Positions 43,848 to 53,711 are shown, numbered from the stretch's first letter. The stretch: 64,000 nt of DNA from Candidatus Sungiibacteriota bacterium (GCA_016186145.1 JACPMF010000007.1:19302-83301); one strand, 5' to 3'. Notes: a model not told the origin generated them from the sequence alone. A program made the numbers and translations.

Positions 43848-44915
43848 TTACAGCTTCCCTTCAGCGGCAAGCTGTACGTATGTTGAATTGAACCGAAGCT
43901 TCACATTCTTGGAGTTGCCCATGACCGAGCCGTCAGGGAACTGAATCCCGACATGATCAGGCGACTTCCCCTTGTAAAGCCCCTTCTTGTGGGAGAACGT
44001 GCGCACGAGATCCATCGTGCGCTTCAGTTCCGGGCTCTTGGTGAAAGCCGCGGCATCAGCCGCCCGATAAAACATGGCAGTAGTCGCAAGCTGCGCTTCG
44101 AACTCTGCCGGCGTCGCACCGGCCTGCTTGGCCATGAATTCCCGAGCCTTCTTCGCCTCGGGACCCCGACCGGACATCACCGCCATGGTTTCGTACCATG
44201 CCCCAACGAGCGCTCGCTTCACATTGTCAGGAGTATCAGTACGGACCACGAGCATGTCGATGATCTCGCCGGGAATCTTCGAAGAATCGAACACCATCTT
44301 CACCTTCGAATCGTTCCGCACCAGCATGAGGTGCGGGTTCCAGGTGACAATCGCCGCGTTCGGAGCGGAATCGTTTCGAAACGCAGCAACGATATCGGCC
44401 TCATCCGTATTCAGGAGAGTAACATCGCGCGGAGAAACACCGCCGCCGACAATCTCGAGCCCCCGGTAAAGGAGATACGTCGAGACAGAATCGTCGACGA
44501 TGTATGCCCGACGACCCTTCAGGTCGGCAAGCGTAGCGCCGTTACGAAGCACCACGCCGTCATTGCCATTTGAGAAGTCACCAACGATGAGAGCCGTCGA
44601 GTCGACGCCTCCAAGCGCAGGACCGATCAAAACGTCCATGTTTGTGATAGCGATGCCGCAGGCGTTCCCCGAAGCGTAACTGTCAATCGTTGCGCCATAG
44701 CTCGCGAAATGAAGTTCGACATTCGCCTTGTGCTTTTGGGCATGCTTCTTCAGTATGCCCGAAGCCTCCATATAGCCCCAAGGTTCCCAACCGGTATACC
44801 GTGACCATTCAACGCGGCACGGCTTCCCTTGAGCAGATACCCCCGAATTCATGAAAACCGCCGCAAGGAAAATCACGAGAATCACTCCGAGAGAAATCGC
44901 CGTCGTCTTCTTCAT
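43848..44915 (-). CDS. ABC transporter substrate-binding protein (NMT1/SsuA/TauA-like)
   Basis: Signal peptide MKKTTAISLGVILVIFLAAVFM. About 330-aa periplasmic-binding fold. Same cluster as the permease and ATPase. Confidence 0.7.
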   Translation of the reverse strand: MKKTTAISLGVILVIFLAAVFMNSGVSAQGKPCRVEWSRYTGWEPWGYMEASGILKKHAQKHKANVELHFASYGATIDSYASGNACGIAITNMDVLIGPALGGVDSTALIVGDFSNGNDGVVLRNGATLADLKGRRAYIVDDSVSTYLLYRGLEIVGGGVSPRDVTLLNTDEADIVAAFRNDSAPNAAIVTWNPHLMLVRNDSKVKMVFDSSKIPGEIIDMLVVRTDTPDNVKRALVGAWYETMAVMSGRGPEAKKAREFMAKQAGATPAEFEAQLATTAMFYRAADAAAFTKSPELKRTMDLVRTFSHKKGLYKGKSPDHVGIQFPDGSVMGNSKNVKLRFNSTYVQLAAEGKL

Positions 44916-44969
44916 CCCTGTTCCCTCCTTTTTGGGTTTGGGTGGTTTTTATATGTAAGCAATCAAAGA

Positions 44970-46211
44970 CTACTCAAGATCGATGTTAATCCGCGGCCGT
45001 GCAGCTTTCCCCTTCTCCATGTCTTGGATCGCGTGTTCTGCATCGGTAGTAAGCTGGTCAAGATCCTTAATGCTCTGCGCCATCTTCGGCAGAGACTCGA
45101 CGCGGAATCGCTGGATATCTTCAAGCGCTCCACGGATATCGGCAAACGCCGTCTTCATGACTTCAACCGGAATCATCTCGCCGGATGCAACCTTCTGAAT
45201 TTCAACGCCCTGCTTCCGAAGCCGTGCCGCAGTCCTCTTGATGAGTTCCGCGGTCGATTGGTTCACCGCAAGTAGCTTGTCGAGCTGCACCTGCTGATGG
45301 GCAAGGGCGATAGTCAGCGTCGTTGCCACCGTCAAACCGCTAATGGTCGAGGTGAGCGCAAGATCAATGCCGCGAATGAGTTCATGGTTCGTATCGACAA
45401 TCGTCTCATAAGCGATCACGCCCATCTGGTTGATACCGAGCTGCGTCTGAAGCGCCATCACTCGCTGACGAAGCGGGAACAAAAGCTCTTTCTGAATGAA
45501 AACGCGCTGCGAGTCGCTCTCGCCAAGCGTCCCGATCTTTGCTTCAAAATGCTTATCCATGAGCATGCCGACCTTGACGAGCTTTTGCAGCTTCAGAGTA
45601 AGCTCGCGCATTTCAATCTGATCCGCGCGAAGAATTTCGCAATCGCGCGCAAGCTGGCCTTTGCCGGTCCGGAGAGAACGCGCGATATCGTCGATGACCG
45701 TACGCGCCTCTTCAAACTGGATGAAATACGCCTTCACCCTGTCGCCAAGAACAGGAGTTCGGCCAAGCATCCGGCTAAACCATCCGCCCTCAAAATCCCA
45801 TTGGTTCGGATCGTGCTCTTCAACCTGGATCTTCAGGTCCGTCAGGACCTTAGCAACGTCGACAACGGCGTCTCCATCCTTCACGGTACGATCCAGCCTC
45901 GCCAAACGCTTGATCGGCTCGCGCAGCATCTCGGACTTGCGAGCAGAAGCGTTGACCACCTCAAGACCCATATTGTCTACCGCTTCCCGATTCGCGGCTT
46001 GCGCCTTGAAATCTTCCGCCTTGATACTCATCAGTTCAGTGGCATATTTCTCCGCAAGAGCAACGAGTTTCGGGTCTTCCTCGAGCCCGACATGAAGCTC
46101 CTTCGGGTCAACGAGACCGAGATCCTTCTTTAGCTGACTCTGATCCACGGCCTTTAGGGACTGAACGGACGGGTCTTCCGTAACAACGGTTTGCTGAACC
46201 TGTGCTGGCAC
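44970..46211 (-). CDS. TelA-like toxic anion resistance family protein
   Basis: 413 aa, highly helical/coiled-coil. Composition and length fit TelA/KlaB (pfam05816). I recognised it by pattern, without a profile search. Confidence 0.55.
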   Translation of the reverse strand: MPAQVQQTVVTEDPSVQSLKAVDQSQLKKDLGLVDPKELHVGLEEDPKLVALAEKYATELMSIKAEDFKAQAANREAVDNMGLEVVNASARKSEMLREPIKRLARLDRTVKDGDAVVDVAKVLTDLKIQVEEHDPNQWDFEGGWFSRMLGRTPVLGDRVKAYFIQFEEARTVIDDIARSLRTGKGQLARDCEILRADQIEMRELTLKLQKLVKVGMLMDKHFEAKIGTLGESDSQRVFIQKELLFPLRQRVMALQTQLGINQMGVIAYETIVDTNHELIRGIDLALTSTISGLTVATTLTIALAHQQVQLDKLLAVNQSTAELIKRTAARLRKQGVEIQKVASGEMIPVEVMKTAFADIRGALEDIQRFRVESLPKMAQSIKDLDQLTTDAEHAIQDMEKGKAARPRINIDLE

Positions 46212-46236
46212 GGCCTCCTCCTTCTTTTTCCTTTTT

Positions 46237-47157
46237 CTACTTTTTCACGCCGCTCTTTTCGTCATCAGCGTCTGCACGAATAAAAGAATCTCCGGTACTG
46301 CCTCGTGCGCGGCGGATAAGCGACTCCAGCTCTTCGCGCGCGGTCTCAACATCAAGGGTTGCCTCTCCACCCGTTCTCATCTGGGCAACCGCAAAGCGCG
46401 TTCGGTCAAGCTGTGTGAGCGCTTCTTCATTCCTCGTAAGGAGGACATTAATCTTCTCAAGCTGTTCCTCATGCACAAGCTTGCTTACCTTCAATGTTTC
46501 AACTTCTTCCTGATCGGCCTTTTGCAAAACCTTCATCCGCTCGAGTTTCTTCAAACGGTCGGTGATATACCTCATGTCGGTCGCATCAATGCTTTTCAGG
46601 AGATTCGCGATTTCGCGAAGATTGTCAAGAATCGCAAGATACAGCTGCTCGGCTGTTCCTAAGAAACGGCCGAACATCAGCTCTCCCTGGCTCAACTTAT
46701 CCGAAAGAATTTCGTGAAGGGCGTTAAACCCTCGCTCTGCAAGAGCAAACTGCTGAACACCTTGTTCCGCGTATTCGCTCCCAGCCCCTTCCGACTTGCT
46801 GAATGCGGCCAGTTCTCTCGTGAGCCGCTCCAGAACACCTTTCCGCTCGGCAATCATCTGCTCGCGGAGCTTCCGGATGTAATGGTTCGCAATCGAATCT
46901 TTCCTGAAGTAGTTAAACACCCAGCTGGAAAGACCGAGGCCGGTGCCACCCGCAGCGATGACGACAAACAAAAGCGACGGCTCAAGCACTGCCAAAGCCA
47001 ACGCGCCTATCAAACCGAGCGGAATCGTCACCATGGCAAAACCGTTCTCAAAAATCTTCTTCCGAACTGCCTTTGCTACCGACCCGCTTGAAAAATCGAC
47101 GGGTCCCGCCCGGGGCGCATCAACAGCTGGTATGTTTTTCTTCGCCACGCATATCAC
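46237..47157 (-). CDS. hypothetical membrane protein (2 TM plus coiled-coil; XpaC-like)
   Basis: 306 aa. Two N-terminal TM helices then a long coiled coil. The position directly upstream of telA resembles the xpaC-telA pairing in Firmicutes. Confidence 0.45.
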   Translation of the reverse strand: MICVAKKNIPAVDAPRAGPVDFSSGSVAKAVRKKIFENGFAMVTIPLGLIGALALAVLEPSLLFVVIAAGGTGLGLSSWVFNYFRKDSIANHYIRKLREQMIAERKGVLERLTRELAAFSKSEGAGSEYAEQGVQQFALAERGFNALHEILSDKLSQGELMFGRFLGTAEQLYLAILDNLREIANLLKSIDATDMRYITDRLKKLERMKVLQKADQEEVETLKVSKLVHEEQLEKINVLLTRNEEALTQLDRTRFAVAQMRTGGEATLDVETAREELESLIRRARGSTGDSFIRADADDEKSGVKK

Positions 47158-47166
47158 CCCCTTCTT

Positions 47167-48525
47167 TTAGTACGTCTCGGACATCAACAGCAGTTCCACG
47201 CGCGGGAGCCGATAACTGTACGCCCGGTCATTCGGTGACTCACCGGGCAGCAACGGCAGAGGCTCGTCAGAGCCCATACCAACCGCCTTAATCCGGTTCG
47301 TATCAATGGAGTAAGTTACCATAAGATACCGAGCAACGCTTTCTGCCCGTTCATGCGAGAGCTTCTTGTTCTCTGCCGGGTCTCCGGCAAGAGCAGTATG
47401 CCCTTTCACCAAGACGCGGAACTTCGGATAGTGACGAAGCTTTTCCACCGAGGCGTCAATCTTCTCTTTTTCCTGAAGATGAAGTTCGCCGCGGCCTGTT
47501 TGGAATACAACCGGCTCGATCTTCAAAGCGCCAACCGGCTTCAACGAAGCCCAGCCGGCATCGTTAAGCGGAGAAAACGCGGCTTTCAGAGAATCTTCGG
47601 AGGGAACGGGCGATTTCGCGCCGACGTCCATGAATCCGGACGCGCTTGAAAGAAGAAGGTCCTCGATGGGCTTCTTGTAGGTAAGGCGATACGGATCTTT
47701 GTCGGGAATCGGATTCGACGAAAAATCTTTGCTTGCGACGAGAATCTTTACCGTAGCTTCAATCGCCGTAATCAGTCCCGCGTCCGCTCCCCCTCCGACG
47801 CCAAACCATTTCTGGCCGTTATCGGTGAGCGACGCCCACTGGACGCCCTTCAGCATTGCTTTCACGGCGTCCGAAGAGAGTTTAGTCTCTTTCGCGACTT
47901 CCTGCTCAAGAAGAGCGGGGTTATCGCGATAATTCTTCAGCACCCGGAAATACGTCCCCAGTAAAAGGTTTATCGCCTCAGGATTGTTCGCCGCGAATTT
48001 CCGGCCAACCAAAAGAATGTCAACAATCAATCGCTCGGTATTCTCCGTGCCAAGAAGTTTAACCACGCCCTTTTGAGAAAGCGCCTTGGAAACGTCCGGC
48101 TCCCAGAGCACTGCGACTTCGACCTTGCGGCCGGAGAGCTTTTGCAACGCATCGGAAGATCCGTCGGTCTCAACCCGCCGCGCGCCGGTCACCAGAAGCT
48201 GCGGCACGTCAAAATGTTCTGCCGTTGCTTTTATCAAATGGTGGCTCGGAGAGTTCGGGGTAAATCCGACCTTGAAATCATTCCGCTTCTTGAGGGCCTC
48301 AAGATTCGACGCAACATCCTGCCACGCAAGAATGGCGTCACCGCCCTTTGATTCGTCGACAACGGCGATTATCGCGCCGGGAAACTTCCGGGGCGCGGCA
48401 TTCAGGATGTATGAATCGACCGTCGCCACCGCAAAATCAATCTCGCCCTTATCAAGACGTTCAACCCGCTTTGCATAGTCGGCCTTATCATCTTCGCACT
48501 GGAGCAACCATCCTGCGGAACGCAC
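47167..48525 (-). CDS. periplasmic binding (NMT1-like) domain fused to C-terminal OmpA-like domain; the N-terminal signal-peptide segment appears to sit in a different frame
   Basis: C-terminal ...RVLVKGHTALAGDPAENKKLSHERAESVARYL...GMGSDEPL is OmpA_C-like. The N-terminal part is similar to the SBP at 43848..44915. GTG start with a stop 6 codons upstream. Confidence 0.6.
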   Translation of the reverse strand: MRSAGWLLQCEDDKADYAKRVERLDKGEIDFAVATVDSYILNAAPRKFPGAIIAVVDESKGGDAILAWQDVASNLEALKKRNDFKVGFTPNSPSHHLIKATAEHFDVPQLLVTGARRVETDGSSDALQKLSGRKVEVAVLWEPDVSKALSQKGVVKLLGTENTERLIVDILLVGRKFAANNPEAINLLLGTYFRVLKNYRDNPALLEQEVAKETKLSSDAVKAMLKGVQWASLTDNGQKWFGVGGGADAGLITAIEATVKILVASKDFSSNPIPDKDPYRLTYKKPIEDLLLSSASGFMDVGAKSPVPSEDSLKAAFSPLNDAGWASLKPVGALKIEPVVFQTGRGELHLQEKEKIDASVEKLRHYPKFRVLVKGHTALAGDPAENKKLSHERAESVARYLMVTYSIDTNRIKAVGMGSDEPLPLLPGESPNDRAYSYRLPRVELLLMSETY

Positions 48526-48647
48526 TTCGTAGCACTTGCGTCACTCGTCGCCAGATGCTGGCGTTCCTGCCAGATCGGCTTTCCGAAACGAACCCCGACA
48601 ACGATCAAAACACCCAACACGAAAATCAGTATCGCAACCTTCCGCAT
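48402..48647 (-). pseudogene. signal-peptide ORF fragment (MRKVAILIFVLGVLIVVGV...) out of frame with the SBP-OmpA gene; likely frameshift or sequencing error
   Basis: 81-aa ORF with a canonical signal peptide, overlapping the 5' end of the 47167..48525 frame. The two frames are both open over about 48400..48540. Confidence 0.35.
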
Positions 48648-48755
48648 GTGCGAACCCCCTCATTCCTTATTTCCCTTATTAAATTGACAAAATTACTGCA
48701 TTAATCTGTAGCATAAACTCTACATTCTGTCAAGAAAAAAGAGGGCTTTGCCCTC

Positions 48756-49646
48756 TTACCTTTTTTCGCTTTTCAGCGCCTGCTTTGCAGCAAGCATATC
48801 GCGCATTTGCCCCTCGTCTAAAATCGGATAGTGCGGACTCAATTGCTTCAGACGAGCCGCAACAATTTCGGCAACCGTTGTGCGCGCGGACCACTTTTTG
48901 TCAGCCGGGATGACATACCACGGCGCGCGGGCTGTTGCCGTATTATTGATCGCGTCCTCGTATGCGCGCATGTATTCTTCCCAGTGTGCGCGCTCGCGGA
49001 TATCTCCCAAAGAAAATTTCCAATGCTTCTCCGGCCTTCTGATGCGCCGCAAGAAACGCTGTTTCTGTTCGGCTCGCGATATGTGCAGAAAGAACTTCAG
49101 AACCACAATACCGTTCCGAGTCAGATACTGTTCCCAGTTTCTGATGTCTTCGAAGCGCTGCTTCCAGATGTCCTCGCCGGAACATTCGCGAGGGAGGCGC
49201 TGCCTCAAGAGAAGTTCGGGGTGAACCCGTACCACAAGAACTTCTTCATAGTGCGAACGGTTGAAGACCCCGATTCGTCCCCGTTCAGGAAGGGCCCGCG
49301 CCGCGCGCCACAAAAAATCGTGATCAAGCTCCTCGTCGGAGGGCGCACGGAAGTTGGTCGTCTGAAAAGCGGTCGGTTTGATTCCGGAAAGCACATGTTT
49401 GATGACGCCGTCCTTCCCGGCCGTATCCATGCCCTGCAACACAAGCAAGACTCCATAGCTATTCTGCGCCCAAAGAATTTCCTGAAGCTTCCTTAACTGT
49501 TCAACTGCCTTTTCCAAACGTCCGAGCGCTTGCGGTTTATTTTGCAAAGAACCGGTCGAGGCCGAATTATAATCCTGAAGGCGAATCGGTCGTTCTCCCG
49601 TCACGATAAAATCTTCAAATTCCATTACAACGCCTCCGGTGTTCAA
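48756..49646 (-). CDS. ppk2: polyphosphate kinase 2 (PPK2)
   Basis: Walker A GMDTAGKDG, Walker B and lid motifs. About 296 aa, one-domain PPK2. Confidence 0.9.
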   Translation of the reverse strand: MNTGGVVMEFEDFIVTGERPIRLQDYNSASTGSLQNKPQALGRLEKAVEQLRKLQEILWAQNSYGVLLVLQGMDTAGKDGVIKHVLSGIKPTAFQTTNFRAPSDEELDHDFLWRAARALPERGRIGVFNRSHYEEVLVVRVHPELLLRQRLPRECSGEDIWKQRFEDIRNWEQYLTRNGIVVLKFFLHISRAEQKQRFLRRIRRPEKHWKFSLGDIRERAHWEEYMRAYEDAINNTATARAPWYVIPADKKWSARTTVAEIVAARLKQLSPHYPILDEGQMRDMLAAKQALKSEKR

Positions 49647-49745
49647 TTAAGTCGTGACGTTTCGCTTTATCGTAGATTACCTAAAAAACAAAATTTGTCA
49701 AGAAAAAAGAGGAGCGATGCTCCTCTTGGTGTTGTTATTTCTCGA

Positions 49746-50555
49746 CTACTGCTGCACAAACGCTTTCACGTCGAATACGGGTGATTCGGCAAGCACTGCT
49801 GCGAGCAGCGCCTCGCGAAGCGACTCCGGACTGCTTGCTTCCCGATAGTTGGTGCGCCCGACCTGGTTTAACGAATGCTTTAACCCAATACAGAATCCCG
49901 CGACGTCGACAACCACTGGCGATGTTGCAATAATTTCGTTAACGGCATCGGTAGGGTCGTAACCAAAATTTGCTTCTCCATCAGTCACGACAACAAGATG
50001 ATATTCGCCATAACCACGCTGGCGCCGCGCCTGAATCATAAGCTTTTCATACCCCGCCTTGATTGCGGTCGAAAGCGGCGTACCGCCATCGGCACGCAGA
50101 GCCCCAACCGCACCCTTGAACGCACGCCGGTGTTCCTGCCCGACGCCAAGCGGCACAAGCTCCTTAACGCCATGGTCGCTATTAAACACAAGTAGTCCGA
50201 GGTTCGCCCCGACGGGAACCTCTGCGGCAACCTCGCTCAAAACTCGCTTAGCGACATCTGCCTTTGGCTCTCTACTGTTGCATGCATTCTCTCTCATGCT
50301 CCCGGAGAAATCAGCAATGAAGTAATAATTATTGGCCAAAAGGTTTTCAACCAACAGAACCTCCTCACCCTTTGCGGGCGAAGGCGGCCAATTGGCTCGA
50401 ACGGCAAATCCGGGAATACTTTGCGCCGTGCCGTTGCTTTGAGAACCAGCGGCGTTCGTCGATCCCGACGATAAAGGAGCGCTGCCGTCACACGCACTAA
50501 GCGCGACGACGGAAAGAAGGGAAAGGCCGACCACGAAAATCGTTGGTCGCTTCAT
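49746..50555 (-). CDS. VWA-domain lipoprotein
   Basis: Lipobox LSAC. MIDAS DxSxS (ADFSGSM) and TDGEAN motifs of the von Willebrand A domain. Confidence 0.8.
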   Translation of the reverse strand: MKRPTIFVVGLSLLSVVALSACDGSAPLSSGSTNAAGSQSNGTAQSIPGFAVRANWPPSPAKGEEVLLVENLLANNYYFIADFSGSMRENACNSREPKADVAKRVLSEVAAEVPVGANLGLLVFNSDHGVKELVPLGVGQEHRRAFKGAVGALRADGGTPLSTAIKAGYEKLMIQARRQRGYGEYHLVVVTDGEANFGYDPTDAVNEIIATSPVVVDVAGFCIGLKHSLNQVGRTNYREASSPESLREALLAAVLAESPVFDVKAFVQQ

Positions 50556-50567
50556 AGCTTCCCCTCC

Positions 50568-52346
50568 TTACTGAAGCGGCTTGAAGACCGAGGCCTCGGC
50601 CTCGACCTGAATGATACGGAACTCAACCCGCATATTGTTTCTCCACTCCTGCTCGGTCTTCGGAGCGCACGGGTCAACCCCGCACATACCGGTCTTCGCC
50701 TTGACGATCCCGTGTCCGACCGTTGCAAACTGGCTCGGATCGAGACGCACGCTCTTGCCCTTCGCGTATGCAATGATGCTATCGCGAACGGCGTTCGCGC
50801 GCGTAAGACTCAAGTTTTTTGCCGCCTGCTCTACCTGCCGAAGGGCCGCTTCCGGAATACCCTGCTTCTTCTGCCGGAGGTACCCAAGCGGATCGCTATG
50901 GCCCTCGACGGTAATCACCGCTCCGCCGTAGGTAGAAACGAGTTCAACGACTTTCGCGAATGAGTCCCGATACAAGTCAGCAGGAAAAGCATTCTGATTC
51001 GGCTCGAAGTAGACTTCGAGAGAGAAAAGCTCGCCTTCGGCAAGCGTGCCCTGTTGCTGCTTCCTCGTAACAACCTTGGCAACCTCGCCAGTGTCGAACT
51101 TCGGCGCTTCAACTCCCTGAACATCGCGAAGACCCTGCGCAAGAACTTTGTAGTCCCAGCGAGCGTGATCAAGCGCGACGCGACCGGACAAAAGCCCGAG
51201 CGGAATAAAGGATGTCTGGATCTCGCCCGTCAGCTTATCGAGGTTCCTTGGATACGCCGGGTCCCCGAAAAACTTCACATTACCGCGGTACCCGACGAAC
51301 TCCGCATCTCCGTACATCCCCTCGGTATCGGCAACAGCGCTCGGACTGTCCATCAGAATGGTGGCGGCAGCTGAAATCATCTGCCGGTACTCGGCCTGAC
51401 GAGCAGTCTTGTTCTTCACCAGGTCACGAAGCATCTCTTCAGCGCGCATGAGAGCGCGGGTGAACTTCTGAACTTCGGCGCGATGCGCCTGCAGATAGTC
51501 AACACGCACCGCATAGACGTCCGCGATGACGCGGTTTGCCGTCTTTGTGGAAAGCATGATGCGCGCGCCCTTTACCGAATCCTCTGCGCCGCTCCCGGTG
51601 TTTCCGCCGGAAGTAAGCGCCAGGGCGTCAGGAATAATAACGAGCGCGGCATGCACCGACGGATCAGTGCGAAGAGCCGCGGCCGGCGTATTGTCATTGC
51701 CGGTAAGATCCTTCGTCCATTTAATGTTCACATCCTTAATGGAAAGCCCTGCGTCAGCAAGGATCTTCGCCAGATAATCAACATGCGGCCCGTATGCCTG
51801 AACGGCGATGGTCTTCCCGCGAAGTTCCTTCGGCGTCTTGATTCCGGACTTTACTACGAGAGCATCTCCGCCGTTCGACCACGTAAGTTGATAAACGACA
51901 ACCGGCTTGGTTTTCGGATCGCGAGAAGCGGCCCCGATGCACATATTGATCATTCCCAGCGTTCCGCGAAGGTATGGCGTCTCGCCGCGAATATACATTT
52001 CACACTGCTTCCTGAAATCATCTTCACGGAAAAGAACAAAATTCAAGCCCTCCTGGTCGAAAAAGCTTCCTCGCTGCGTACTCTTCTGATTGCCGTTTGC
52101 ATAAACCGTTGCGATATCGCCCCCCCACGTGATCAGAGGAACCTTAACCGAACCTGAACCGACATCGCCCGCCTTTGCAGTCACGACCTGGCTCAAGGGC
52201 GGCGATTGAATGTACTGCGGGACCGCTTCGCTAACCCCAGAAGAGACGACAACAAGTAGAACAGCAACGAACAGCGTGCTCATTCTTCGCATCTCGTGGT
52301 CCTCCTTTTCTCCGTTTTTGTTTTTCTTGTGTTTCTTGGAATCCAT
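50568..52346 (-). CDS. periplasmic binding (NMT1-like) domain fused to C-terminal OmpA-like domain (paralogue of 47167..48525)
   Basis: Signal peptide MRRMSTLFVAVLLVVVSSGVSEA. C-terminal ...ITVEGHSDPLGYL...LSLTRANAVRDSI... is OmpA_C-like. 592 aa. Confidence 0.7.
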   Translation of the reverse strand: MDSKKHKKNKNGEKEDHEMRRMSTLFVAVLLVVVSSGVSEAVPQYIQSPPLSQVVTAKAGDVGSGSVKVPLITWGGDIATVYANGNQKSTQRGSFFDQEGLNFVLFREDDFRKQCEMYIRGETPYLRGTLGMINMCIGAASRDPKTKPVVVYQLTWSNGGDALVVKSGIKTPKELRGKTIAVQAYGPHVDYLAKILADAGLSIKDVNIKWTKDLTGNDNTPAAALRTDPSVHAALVIIPDALALTSGGNTGSGAEDSVKGARIMLSTKTANRVIADVYAVRVDYLQAHRAEVQKFTRALMRAEEMLRDLVKNKTARQAEYRQMISAAATILMDSPSAVADTEGMYGDAEFVGYRGNVKFFGDPAYPRNLDKLTGEIQTSFIPLGLLSGRVALDHARWDYKVLAQGLRDVQGVEAPKFDTGEVAKVVTRKQQQGTLAEGELFSLEVYFEPNQNAFPADLYRDSFAKVVELVSTYGGAVITVEGHSDPLGYLRQKKQGIPEAALRQVEQAAKNLSLTRANAVRDSIIAYAKGKSVRLDPSQFATVGHGIVKAKTGMCGVDPCAPKTEQEWRNNMRVEFRIIQVEAEASVFKPLQ

Positions 52347-52520
52347 TATCGGCCAAAAGTTCTCTATCCACCTCCTTTTTGGCTTCCTCTAAAAAAGAAA
52401 AATGTTAATGTACACAATATACACTAGTACACTATTTTTAACTATTTGTAAAGGGCTCGGTGGACAATAAAATATTTTAATGTTATAATTTTTAAGCTCG
52501 TTGCCAAACAGAAAACGCAC

Positions 52521-53585
52521 TTGGACCAGGAGGATTCCGTGTTTGATGAAAACACCGTCGCCAGGCAGATTGCCAGCGGGCATAAGACCGGCCGCAAAAC
52601 ATTCGCATTTGACGAAAACCACGATCCGACAGAACCGATTACGATGTGGTTCCAGGATACAGGAGAAGGGTTGGGCTTGTTCGTAATTTTCTATACGCAA
52701 GCGTGCCGCTGGTCTCGATGCCTCGGCTGCAACCTTCCATCACTCTGCTCCCAATTCCCGGTCGGTTTCAAAAATGTCTTGACGCAGGTCGACCGCGTTT
52801 TTGCAAACCCCGCGGTCCAAAAGAGGCGCAGTGAAATCCGCCGGCTTATCGTGAGCAATAATGGTTCGGTGCTCGACCAAATCACATTCCCTTCAACCGC
52901 CTTAATGCATCTGGTGCTCCAAGCGCAACTGAATTTCTCCAATCTTTCCGTCCTGTGCCTTGAAACGCGCGCCGAGTATGTCGAACCGGCGGAACTGGAG
53001 TTTCTTGCGCGCGCAATCAAAGAGGGCGAGACCCCGACGGAACTTGAGCTCGCGATCGGTTTTGAGGCATTTGACGACAAGATCCGAAATAATCTGATGA
53101 AAAAAGGGCTGACGAAGAAAGTTTTCGAAGAGCTCATCGGCGATATGGCCGAACACCGCTTTCGCCTCAAGTGCTATCTGATGCAAAAGCCGATGCCAGG
53201 CATGACGGACGAAGAAGGAATCCGCGATATTCAGAATGCCATCGCCTACTTCGGAACCCTCTCCGCAGCACACGGCGGCAAAGACGCAGGACCCCGCGTG
53301 CAAATCAACGTACACTTGAACCCGACGTATGTCGCTAAGGGGACGATCTTGGAAAAAGCATTTTTGGAGGGCGGCTATACACCGCCGAACCTGCGCGATG
53401 TCGCCCGCGCGGCGCTCTTTGCAGAAAATCTTCCGCTGACCGTTTTCATTGGATTAAACGACGAGGGGCTGGCTGTCCCTGGCGGGTCGTTCATTCGTGA
53501 AGGCGATGACCCGCTTGTTGAGCGGCTTGAAAAATTCAACCAGCGGCAGGACTACAACATTCTTCATTCATTTGTCTCGTTATAA
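52521..53585 (+). CDS. radical SAM-like Fe-S enzyme with atypical CX4CX2C motif
   Basis: CRWSRCLGC cluster at about residue 63. Later ...IGFEAFDDKIRNNLMKKGLT... resembles the radical SAM TIM-barrel core. 354 aa. Confidence 0.45.
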   Translation: MDQEDSVFDENTVARQIASGHKTGRKTFAFDENHDPTEPITMWFQDTGEGLGLFVIFYTQACRWSRCLGCNLPSLCSQFPVGFKNVLTQVDRVFANPAVQKRRSEIRRLIVSNNGSVLDQITFPSTALMHLVLQAQLNFSNLSVLCLETRAEYVEPAELEFLARAIKEGETPTELELAIGFEAFDDKIRNNLMKKGLTKKVFEELIGDMAEHRFRLKCYLMQKPMPGMTDEEGIRDIQNAIAYFGTLSAAHGGKDAGPRVQINVHLNPTYVAKGTILEKAFLEGGYTPPNLRDVARAALFAENLPLTVFIGLNDEGLAVPGGSFIREGDDPLVERLEKFNQRQDYNILHSFVSL

Positions 53586-53711
53586 AGACAGGCAGCTTCC
53601 CCGGAAAGGAAGCTTTTTACTTATTATTGGGAAACAAGCAATTGACATTTTATAGAAAACATAGTAAAGTCATTTAAATGTTTCGGTACCTTAAAAACCC
53701 GAGGTGAAGCC

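Noticed and set aside
45297-46133. 278-aa and 144-aa + strand ORFs inside the TelA-like gene
   Set aside because: Antisense shadow ORFs with Arg/Ser/Leu-rich low-complexity translations. The minus-strand TelA-like frame is longer and coherent.
51483-52157. 224-aa + strand ORF inside the SBP-OmpA gene (50568..52346)
   Set aside because: Antisense shadow ORF. The minus-strand protein has a clear signal peptide and domain architecture.
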